This document shows, piece by piece, positions 38,601 to 50,600 of a stretch of 64,000 nucleotides of DNA; within the stretch, counting starts at the first letter, position 1, and each line of letters begins with the position of its first letter. The stretch lies in the NCBI RefSeq assembly GCF_035084215.1, contig NC_090333.1, forward strand, positions 28,954,001 to 29,018,000, given 5' to 3'. The stretch comes from Heptranchias perlo. Its lineage: Eukaryota. The notes below the pieces were generated by a model, which was not told the DNA's origin, did not search any database, and saw only the letters and a program-made list of their open reading frames with translations. A program made the position numbers and the translations under genes.

Positions 38601-41600
38601 CAGTTTAACAGCTTAACTATAGCACCCATTACATAATATGAGAACTGTCATCCTCTTTAGAATATATTGGAAGCACAGGAAAATCATTGTCTTTTGTCAA
38701 TTGTTAACAGTCTAGTGTGCATTTTCCATTTTCATATATTTTGGGGGCGATTTTAGCATTTTCCAAATTTTTTCTAATTTTCTCTCCTTGTTCTTTGCTT
38801 TTACTTTCAAATTTTTCCAGGCTAAGTTTGGGGGTTGGGAGTTCATTCTATCACACTTAGTGGTTAATTATTGAGCAACGTTGGCAGAGGCCAATGTTGG
38901 GAATGTGTGTGCTATATTGTGCCATGGAGTAAAATGTGATATAGATAGGAACTTAAACTGATGAAGGAAAATTGTTTTGAAAGAGTATCATGGTGGTATA
39001 ACATGTTGGAACTTTGACAGACTGCACTGTAGATTGTTAGGGCAAGGGTTCATACCCATCATCCCTCATTTGCTGCCCTCCCAATGTCAACCGTGCATGG
39101 CATGGGAAGGCACAGAGTGGAGCCCAGGCACTTTCTCCACAGAAAGGGATGAATGTTCACCTGTGGATTGCTCTCATGCACCACCTAGCAGGTGGAATGG
39201 AGCAGCTTTGGTGGAGGTATGAGACCAACTTTCTAGCATGTTCACTTGGTCAATGAAGGAGTTTGATATGGCGGGGAGGGATTCTGTTTTGTTATGTAGT
39301 AATGTCTGTAGATAAAGAGGAGGAACCAGACTTGACTTAATGGTGTCTTAAACGAAGCTTTGGAAAAATAACACGTGACTGCAGGAACAAAACTATTATA
39401 AAGAAGGAACAGCTTCCCATCACTGTTGGTTTTTAAACTGGATACCGCCTAGCATTTGGGCATGACAGGATGGGGTGTCAGCCAGATTTTTTGCTTGGTT
39501 ATTCTGGGTGGTCCAGCTGGATGAACAGGAGATAGCAAATAACTGTAATTTTGTTCAGCAACTCAGTAATTAAAGGGACAGTATCCATTTTGTTTGCCTA
39601 CACAGAATGCAGTTTTCAAAGTTACTAAAAAAATTCAAATTACAAAGGTTTTCCTGGAACATAATTCATTTGAAGCGTGGTTTTGTTATCTGTTTAAACA
39701 GTCCTTTTGGCTAATTTAAACAAAAAGAGAGTAATTAGAGACAAACTTTTATTTTACACAACTTTGGCAAAGTTGTATGTAATTTCTTTAAGTATCGAAT
39801 TCTAAGAAGTGGCATGGCAATGCAATGTGTACGGGGCCCCAATAGACCTAGCCACAGGGCTCAAGCGGTAACTTCCCAGTCTTGGCTACAGAATCTGTGA
39901 GGGTGAGGACTACATTATCTGTGGTAGGGGGATTTGATGTGGTACCAGTTGGAGGTCATGCACTTTAATGCTCTGAGGAGCTTTTGATTAGGTTGGGAAC
40001 AGGTCATCTGCCAACTCTGCCAAGCTATGAATGGTGCGTGATACCCCGATAATGACACAAACTCCTCTTTCCAAGTTAATGGTGAAATTCCTTTTGTAAA
40101 ATAGAAGGTGGGCTCATCCTTTAATAACAACAACAACTTGCCTTTCTATTGCGCCTTTAATGTAGAAAAATGTAGCTGTGGTGGGAGTCCTCCGTGCTCT
40201 CGAAAACTCAGGTGTTAAAATGGCACAGTGGGCAGGAACGCAGTGTGTTCCATCCGCCCAGACTCCTTTTTAACCCCCCTGCTCCACCGCACCGTTGCCG
40301 CAGAATGAGCAGGGTTACGATTGGGACTAACCTCTGTAAAAGGGGTCCTGATGAAGAGATACTCTTAAAGGGGTCTAATGGTAACACTCCCTCTTCAAGA
40401 GTGCAACTTGCCAGTTAATGTCTTTGTTAATCATGAATCGAGTTGGTCCAAAAACTTTGTTTTATCCTTGTTAAGGGGGGGGAGCAGTAGTTTGAAATTG
40501 ACACAGGGCCTCATCAAACGAGGCTGTGTCTCTTTTGATGTGTTGCTTTTCAGATGGTTATTTTTCATCTTGTCTTATCGTGTTTGGTCTAGTTAATCAA
40601 CTTTTGGAATTCGAGGATGCCTTCTCTTTTTTTTACAAGCTTATATGCGATTGACTTTAGAATTCGTTGCCAAATTTAAAATGAAAGGGATTTCTCTTTC
40701 TCTGTTTCCCATTGTGAGATATTTTTGATCAAAAACGATACTCGTGTACCCATTATTTCCAGCATTTCTAATAAAATTAAATTGAGCTTAAATTTACATG
40801 TAGGTAATTTTAAACAGCACACTCAAAAGGCTCCAATAAAATAGTATGTTCTTCATTGAGGGTCTGACTGCTTGGTGTGTGGCCCTCATTCATTTCTGTA
40901 CCAACCAAAAAAATGAAAGTCACATTTGACATGTAATCGTTTAATTGTAAGGTATTTTATTGTTTATCTTCTCCTTCCCTCCAGTGCCACATGTCCTCCA
41001 TGGCCGAAAGGGTGAAAGGGGACCTTCTCCCAGATCAGTGTCACTGTATGTCACTGTATGGCTGGCTGCTAGAAGTTGCACGACTATTGCCCCTGAGATT
41101 GACTTTCCCTCCAATTTTCCCTTGACTCCTCAGTGTAGAGAAGAGCTTGATCTGTTACTCACTGGCTCCCCTGTGAGGAATCATAAGTGCGCACTTCTGT
41201 CCTGCCACTGGCTCAGAACTGGGCTAGTCTTTTCAAAATAAAACTGTATATGACATTACTTGTCCAATTTTAAAGTTTTTTTTTGCCCTTCTTTAGTGCA
41301 TTAACAGGGGATCCAGTTGATTTAGTTCACAGTGTATAGTGACTCTTTCATCTAAGTTATAAGAATTTTGGATTTTTGACGGACAAAGCAAATATGTAGA
41401 ATGCAGCACCCTTCTAACAGTGGTGGAGAAACAAAATATATTGGTGTAGAATTTACCCTTTCAAGCTGTTGTGCAAAAACTCATATCATTCCAGTTTTGA
41501 GGCACGTGGAACATTTGTGAGGACTTTACACTTCTATTCTCTTCTGTACAATATCACAACCACAGAAACTGAGATCAGATTTTTGTTCTTGCAATAGACC

Positions 41601-44600
41601 AGTGACTGAGTGGATTACAATCTGAGTTTGATAATAAAGGTGACCTCTCCTTTATTTGTAAGTTACTTAGCAATATATTTTATGAGATGACGGCGCCCCT
41701 TTAATGGAAGGAAATAGAAGGATAACTTCACTGATCCTGCGCTCCCTGTGGGAAGCCATGCTCGAAGAGATTGAGCACTGGAGACACAGCTACAAAACGA
41801 TAGCATTAATTCCTCGACCTGCTCTCCCTTCAAGCACAGCTTTCCACTGGGAGCACCGGATTGGTGAATTTATTCTCTAGGGATGTTTCTCTAATTATTA
41901 TACCTTCAAAAACATGTTTATTTAAAAATAAAATGACTGTGACATTTCTGTTTCTCCATAACAACTGAATGCTCCTGTATAAATGGAAGGTTGTGTTTGG
42001 GCTGTGACATAGATATTCATTGAGTAGGCCTCGCCACCCCCTAGTAGCACAAGTATTAAACTGCCAATCAACAGAGCCAAGCAGACAGCGGTGTTTGGCT
42101 ACCCACAGCAAGGGGAGGGAACTCAGCATCTGTCAGGATATTAAAAATAATGCTTTATAATACTCCCTGTTTGTGGTCTTGCTCTCTGATGCTGCTTTAC
42201 CTCACACTGGACGTCTGCCAGCCCTTCAATTTGGACTGTACAGCAGACGAAAGCATGTAGGAAATGGAGCCGTACTGTGGGGAAGTGGGAGCTGGGGCAG
42301 TTATCGGGGAATGAAAGTGAGAGGCATGCACCACGCAATCTAGGAAATGCCTTACCCACTCCAGGCCAAGAGAGGCTGTACTGTCTCAGTGTAGATTTTT
42401 ATGAGTGAAAAGACAGCCCATTACTGTAATCAAGGCATGGACTGTTCCTATTTTAAAGGCATAGTGTTGTGTTTTCCCTGATATGGATCCAGCACAGAGT
42501 GTAAACAGTCAACAATATTACCTCAGGGCTCAAAAAGAATTCACAGTTCCTGATCATGGATCAAGCACCGTGGAAAAATTACTGGTCCACATTTCCAAGT
42601 TACTGTAATTGTAGGAAAAGTATTTTTTATTTCTTGTGGGTAACAGGCTAACTTGTTTTGAATATCTTACTTTCCTATCTTCTTTTTTCTGTCTCATTTT
42701 ACTTTACTTTCCAGTTGATCTGGAGGGAGGGAGGACCAGCTGGGCTAGAGCTGCACGACAGCATAAATTAATATTATGCATATTTTTAGAATACCCTCTG
42801 GAGGGATGAGGTACAATAGACCTTTGTTTAAAAATAAATTGTAAAAAATTCAAACACTGCGTTTAAGTCAATGTAGCAGTCTGTGTAAGGTTTAATTAGC
42901 AATTTTTTTTAAAACTGTTTTAAAGTGTTTAATATACACACATCTGTTGTGAGGGTACAATTTAAAATAAGAAAAACTATAACATTTTTTTATAAAAGGG
43001 TTAAATTGTTGGCCGCTCATAAATAAGCCATCACCAATTCCTCTTTCTCCTCCTCTCTGGGTTAGGTGGAGCAACAACAACAACAACTTGCATTTATATA
43101 GTGTCTTTAACGTAGTCAAACGTCATAAGGCACTTCACAGGAGCGTAATCAGACAAAAATTGATACTGACCCAAAGGTGGCGACATTAGGACAGGTGACC
43201 TAAAACTTGGTCAAAAGAGTGGTTTTAAGGACCATCTTAAGCAATGTGGGTGTTCGTGAGCCCCTCGAGTCTGTAGGTGTCCATGTGCTGCAACTTTGGG
43301 CCAGGCTGCAGGTGGGTGGGAACAAGCAGTAGTTCTGTATGCTCAGCCTGTGGACAGCCAAAATGGCAGCTATGTCATTTAAAGCATATTTCTCTTTGAA
43401 GAAGAGGGAGAAGATTGAATTTTGTACTCAAAAAGATGAGGATTGTTAGCGCTGTGGAGTGAAATATTTTTCTCCCAGTGTCACAATCAAACTTTCCAGG
43501 TCTTGAGTTAAATGCAGGATAAAATTCTTAATAACTCCATTCCACGAACTATGGCTTAACCCCAAGATGAGAAGGGCCACCCCATTGAACCATGTGAAAT
43601 TTCCATGTCCCGTGCCAGCCGTTTTTATGGCCTTTGTGTGAAGCTGTCTGTTTAGTACCAATTTCTTCCGTGGACTCATGGATCGCCTTATGCTCATTTT
43701 GTTTATCACCCCTATCAGAGCTTACAGCTATCAGAGAGGAGGCTTTCATCCCATCAGTCTAAACTGGATTTGATCCTGGTTCCTAAAAGTGAAAGGATAA
43801 TTTTAATCATGTACACTATCCTGACCCTAGCAAACATCCCTTAAGCTAGAGCTGGTAATTGTCGACTTGACTGATGCCGAAGTGAATAGATATCTTTTTG
43901 AACAAGTTTCTGAGGTTTATTGTCACAGTAATTACATGTTAATTGTACTATTAATAATATTGTTTTAAATGTTCTTTTCTGTGGGTTTTTTTCTGCAGTG
44001 GGAAGCAGAGTGAGTCAAGAGTTAATATACACACGGGACAAACTGGGTGAGGAGACGATCTTCACTACACAGATGCTAATTCAGACCTCGAAGAAAGAAG
44101 AGGAAAATATCCTTACTCAGGAGGCATTGCTTCAGCACCTGGATGCCGTGCTAGCAGCCAGCAAAGTACAAGTCTTGCTATATGGAAAGTAAGAAAGCTG
44201 CTCCCATCACATTTTGACATGAGGGTCAGTTTTAACCCAGAGCGGGTTTCAAACGGGCAGGAGAGGCGGGGCAAGTCCGAAACGCACTCGCTGGCCTAAG
44301 TTTTCTGTCCAGGGATATTTTAACTCCTGGACCTCGTTCTGAGTGTCGCCAATGCACTTCCCATCCATTCTGGGGGAGGAAGGGGGCACAGAGTGGCTGG
44401 TGGCAGATGAAGATCAGGCGGCCAAGGCCCCCCGGCCCGCTTCCAGGTATATGGCGGGGAGGGAGTTTCGGGAGGGCCTTGTATGGGTGGCCGGGGTGAT
44501 CTGAGGCAGGGAAGGCAGCGACTTTCCTTGTGGAGCAGCAACTTTCACTAGTTGGAGGGCCTTTTCGTCCTGCCACCAGCTGCTGACCTGCTTGAGCCTG

Positions 44601-47600
44601 ATGTCATAGGACTCCGATTAGGATTTATGCATGAGGCTCCAGCCTGAGCCTGGCAGGCATCTTATCCACCGCCAAAGCCAGCAGTGTTAAAATCGGTGAA
44701 GGGCAGGAACGGAGTAGGAAATAGGGCCCTTCCATTTGAACTGCTTGCCTGCTCCATACCCGCCCGCCCAGCGGGAAGAGTTAAAATCCCACCCCCACCA
44801 CCACCACCCCATCATGGTTTTAAATGTTCTGCATCTTCTTTTTCCTGCCTGTATGTGTAATTGAGCAATTTATTCAAAATTTTAAAAAAATATTTTCTCC
44901 CCACAGTGTATCACCCCAGACCCCATATCAACTAATCTCGATTGTGAGAATGAGAGTAAGGGGCCTGCTACCTGCACCAGGGCTGCTTATGAGGTCAATG
45001 GTTGCCATTTAGTGCTTCTTAGGGACAAGGGAACATTTTTACTTGACACCAGGGTATCCCTATAAAAAGGGTAACCTTGTAGAGCAGAGATTTTTTACAT
45101 AATGCTGGGACATCTCAGCAGCCCTGTTGAGATTTGCTGTTGACATGGTGAAAGCAAAATCTTTTGAGGCACTGTGGCAAAATTTCAATGTATATGCACA
45201 TGTATATAAACATATATATTACAGCAAATGGTTAAATTATTTATTTTTTTATATATAGTGATAAATTTAATGTTGCAAAATTTGAAACACTGTTCTTCCA
45301 AGTAAGGAGAAGCAATAGGATCCCACATTGAACATTCGAAAATAACCCCAGTTAGAACACAAAAGTAAAATAATTCCCTGATGGCGACAGTGTTGCCAAC
45401 AATCACATTTTTATTCATTTACTAATTTTTTACTATTCTCTTAATCCACATGATTCACCCTTCTATCCCCATGAATCATACGTGTTAAAGCAGCAGTATA
45501 AAATCAATGATTTGTTAACAAAATTGTGAATGTTGACAACATTGTGATGATTTTGCTTGTCGATCTTGCCTCCTGTTTTTGGGTGCTTGGCTCTCGTTTC
45601 TAAGGCATGTTATTTTCTCCCCCTCCTGCACCGCACATCGGCTGGAACTTCCAACTTCGGGCGGGGATGTAAAACAGGTGATAGCGAATCTGGCCCCCTG
45701 TTATACATCTCGCCCAATTTTTGATTTGAAGTCAACAGAAAGGATAAATCGGGTGGGGCGGTCAACCTGATATCGCCCGTTTCATGCCCTCCTCTCAAGT
45801 TGAAAGTTCCGCACATCATTCCCAGGACAAGAGGATGGCAGATGGCCTAATCTCAGGCTTTCCCCTTCATCCGGCTGATCTCATAGGACGGGGATGATGT
45901 TCCTCCCTCTCAGTCATTCTTTCTTGCCTCCACTCAGTACCTGATGACACAATTGAAAACCTGTCCTGCTTACCTGTATTTTTGGGGGGGGGCGAGGGGT
46001 ATCCTCAAATAATATCGTCTACAGAACATTTAATTTAAATTCTTAACAGTACAATGTTCAGACAGTTGTAAACAAATGTGTATGTGCATGCACTCAGTAA
46101 TTAGCATTGCTGGCTCCATCAGTGTACTGTTTAACAAGGTCATTGCCCTTTAACCTTTCTTTCAGGTCCTGGGATTTAAACAAAATCTGTCACAAATCTG
46201 GAGTGCCTATCATTGAGAATGGAATGATTGAGCGAGTGAGTATGACAAAAATTATACTTCACTATTTCAAGGGTGTCCCTTTACTCTCAAGAGCTTTTTG
46301 TTTTTATTCATAATTCTCAGAGAATTTTCTGTTGATTATCAAAGTGAGTGATGTCAGTGCTGGGGAACCGTTCTTTATGCACTGAACTTAGCATTACAGT
46401 CCTGATGTACGATGAAGTTTCCTCTGCTCTATCCCAAAAATGTGCACAGAGCCTTTGTTATGCATTGAATCTGTGACCACATTGAAGTAAAGTTGGTATA
46501 AAAATCGATTTCACTCTGATCTGGGTGAGCCATTTCGATCAGGAGGCGACTCAGAGTGAAGGTTTAACAGTATCATGTGTTAGCCCCATCTAACAGAAGG
46601 CAACAATATATCCCAAAGTCCAATATGTTGGAACTGTGTTTAGACCGTGCAACTATTAGATCTAAAATAGAGAGAATTCTCAACTGTCATTGTGGGCTGG
46701 ATTCACATGCATGTCCCAGAGATGAAATCACACTAGCCGGCTTTGAAAGCCTGACAGCAACATGCAAGTTCCATTGTACGCAATACCATAGTGTCATATC
46801 ATGTCAGGATCTCCACATGGGAGCATTTTTTAAAAAAACGTCTGCATCCCCCCCTTCACCATATTAAATTAACCCTTTCGCCTTACAACATAATAAATAA
46901 TATAGATGCCAATTTGCGTTACAAGACGAAGAGATTGCTCGCTGTGTGGTGTGGGTATAAAAATCGATTTCACTCTGATCTGGGTGAGCCATTTCGATCA
47001 GGAGGCAACTCAGAGTGAAGGTTTAACAGTATCATGTGTTAGCCCCATCCAACAGAAGGGAACAAAATATCCCAAAGTCCAATATATTGGAACTGTGTTT
47101 AGATCGTGCAACTATTAGATCTAAAATAGAGAGAATTGTGTACCAACTAGTGTACCAACCAGTTCCCCACAATGATTATTTTCTTAGCACCATCAGGCAC
47201 CAATTTTCTCCTCTCCTTTCCGGGCATAGTCACTGGGCATCAAAGGCAAACTCAATCCTGTCCCCATCCAAACATCCTCACGTACCTCTACTTCCAGCAG
47301 AGATCACTTAATAACAGTCAGGGCTGGGAACCATAGCTCATTTTTGCTGCCCTAACCCAAGGGTGCTGAGGTCAACTGTAGCAGTCCTCCAACCGCCCCG
47401 TCTAAGATCAGCTAATTTAGCACAGACTGGAGATTAAGCCTTCCTTGTCCATATAGTTCAGCTACTCACTAGATAAGCTTGCTGAATCATTGGGCAAGCC
47501 ATATATTATCTTAACAATATTGGCAACGCACATAAATTTCTACTCTTTATGCAGAGCACAATGCTAACGGGCCTGTGCCCTCACACCCACACCACACAGC

Positions 47601-50600
47601 GAGCAATCTCTTCGTCTTGTAACGCAAATTGGCATCTATATTATTTATTATGTTGTAAGGCGAAAGGGTTAATTTAATATGGTGAAGGGGGGGATGCAGA
47701 CGTTTTTTTAAAAAATGCTCCCATGTGGAGATCCTGACATGATATGACACTATGGTATTGCGTACAATGGAACTTGCATGTTGCTGTCAGGCTTTCAAAG
47801 CCGGCTAGTATGATCGAGACGCAGAGGCAGAAGGCTGATGACAGGCTGCACTGATTTATGGCTGGCTAATGGTTTTGGAGTTCAGCGTGGTCTCTGCCAA
47901 CGTAGCCTGTATATGCTCCAGCGGAAGAGGATGTTTGGCACACACCGTCATTAATTATCTCCTCTGTTTTCCGTTCTTCCTCCTCCTCCCCCCACCCCCC
48001 ACCCTGCACACACACATAACCACAAATTATTAAACATCAATCCAGCACTGACCACAACGGGTATTGTAGTTTATGAGGATCAGAAATCTTCTTGTTTATA
48101 TCAAGAAATCAGTACTTTACAGCATCTTTTCATATGTAAAAGTATAGCTTTTTAAAAAGGTAAGAATTATGACAGATGATTGTGGCCTAATAAACCCAGG
48201 TTTGAAACTCAGCCACACAGTTTTTGGCTGAATTCAAGACTTATAAAAAGTGCTGCTAAATCATGTTAAATGTCTTTTTTTCTGTTAAGCATCACAACTT
48301 GCCAGTTTGCTGTTTGTTTGACTTTTCTAATCTGTAATTTAACCCAGCGGTATATAGTATTCTAGTATTCCTTCTCTTCCATGTCTAGTCCCATACCACA
48401 CCTGGAAGAATTCTTTTCTGAGTTCTTTGCCGTTTGAAATAAATGAGGAGCTGGGTCATTGTGAGAAACAGCTGCAATGTGGGAAGATCCAGGTCTTGTC
48501 ACCTAGCCAAAAAGGCCAGCTCATTCAGACCAGAGTCAGGGCTGGAAGTTAAAGAGCAGAAACTGCTGGTTACAAGGACAGGCATCAAACTCTGTCAACC
48601 CAGCGGTAGACCGTGTTATCACTATTAGAGAGCCTTCTGAGAATTTGAAAGGATCTCCCTTGTGGCCAGTGAGATGTACCATCAGGTTAAGGGAATCTCA
48701 GGAGCCAGTCCCCCACGTTTCCGCTCATAGAGCAACTATGGGGGTGAAATTCAACTTCAGCCGGGGCATTGGAAAGGAAAATCAGGCGGCATGTATATTG
48801 GTCGGTCGAATCACTACCTCCTGTTTCACACCCTTGCTGAAGTTGAATTTCGTCCCCTAGATCTCTACCTTCTGCACGGGAGCGCAGAGTGACTGCCCCT
48901 GATTTAAAAGTAAATGAGGACAGTGACATATGGAGGAATTCATTACAGGTGAAAGTCAGGCATTCCGCCATTTTCCACCAGTAAAGGAATTTCGCCCCAT
49001 TGCAGTGATCAAATTTGTTACCCTCCGATTTCCTTGGTGTGATGCAGGAGAATGTAGTGGTCTTATTTATATCCTGCTGGCCAGCTGCCTGCCCGAAGTG
49101 GGTGTAAAGAGGCAGCTGGCGATAATTGCATGCAGATAAGTTACAGGGGATGGTTGGGGGGGGGGGGTTTCAGTAGGGTCTTGCGGGTGAGAAGAGGGGA
49201 GCCCAGGGTGGCAGAGGCCCAGACCTTCCTTGCGTGGCCTGGAGGAGAACTCCTGCTCCATTCTGGCCCCGCAAAGATAAGTTTAAAACTTGCCTTTTAG
49301 GGCCTTCGCTTCTTCCCTGACAGGTTCTCCTGCGCGGGGGCGGCCCAAGCAGTTGCCCTTCTCAGTCGGCAGTTAAAATGCTATTGGAGTCCTAATGTAT
49401 CAGAGGACCCTGATTTGCACATATTAATAAGGCTCCCAGCTGACTCAGGCAGGCGCCTCAGCTGCCTACAGAAAAGGTCCCAGTTAAAGCAGGGGCGGGC
49501 AGGAACAGGGCAGTCAGTTTTCAGAGGTGATTTTAACAGCCGTTTGCCATGTTCCCACCAGGTGGGGCGGGATAAAATCAGCCCTGCCATTTTCTGTTAT
49601 ATTTCAGCATCTAGTCTTCACATCCCCACTGCTCCACACCAATCTCACTAGAAACAGTGCAGCCTCCCTAAACCACTAAACAACATTTCAGTAACACAAA
49701 AGTTTAAAAATATTTTTAATAACTATTGGATGTCGAAAGTACCCACTATCCCAAGATGGTGGGTACTTTTGGTAGCTTATTAAAACTCACTTTCTGTTAT
49801 AAAGAATTCTGTTAAAAAGTGAGCTCCCCAAATAGCTCTGGGTAAATGCACTACTTAGTGTGTTATTGAGCCACAATAACCAAGACGGTCACATGTCCAG
49901 TCTCTGGTTGATATTGAGTTAGCTGACCTCGACCAGGGTGGTGCTAAAGATACTTCAATTGGCTTTAGCATGCCTGGGCTAAGGTGGGGGAAATCAGCCA
50001 GTGGTGATCATTACACAGCGACCCCTCTGGAAGGTAATGTATCTGTGGCCCTTGGGGTGAGGGACAGAATCAGGTTCAGCTCTGATGGAATCTATGATTG
50101 AATAGCCTGTTGACATTTCACTGTCCAGGACCACACATGAAGAATGACTATTTGGGGTGAGACACTGAAGGATTACCATTGCATTGGGAATGTACCCCAT
50201 TGCATGAGTCATCCAGGACAAACTTGGGTCAGCCTGGAAAAACCTTCCCCCAAACCTCAGTCTTTAGCTACTGAGATTTGTTTTAGCACTGTGGTAGCAC
50301 TATGACACTTTATCAAGTCATTTTTTTCCAGTCCTTGTAATTTGGTGAGAGACTGAAGGGTCAGTAAAGAGATTACACCTCCATAAACCAAAGATATCAA
50401 TGCACACACAGCAACAATTATAGACAGGATAATGTCTTCTCCCTCCCATCATCAAACATACTTTGCCTTGACAGCAGACCCCAATTAATGGAAATCAACT
50501 GTCGAAATAAGACAAAATGAATTGTTTCTACCAAGTTTGCTGCTTTTATTGCCTTGTTTATGGTAAAATGTAGTAATATTTGTTCATTTGCCTTCCTTCC

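Noticed and set aside
46577-47750. Duplicated short ORFs (MLAPSNRR..., MSYHVRIST...)
   Set aside because: By-products of the direct and inverted duplications; non-ATG starts and no protein-like signal.
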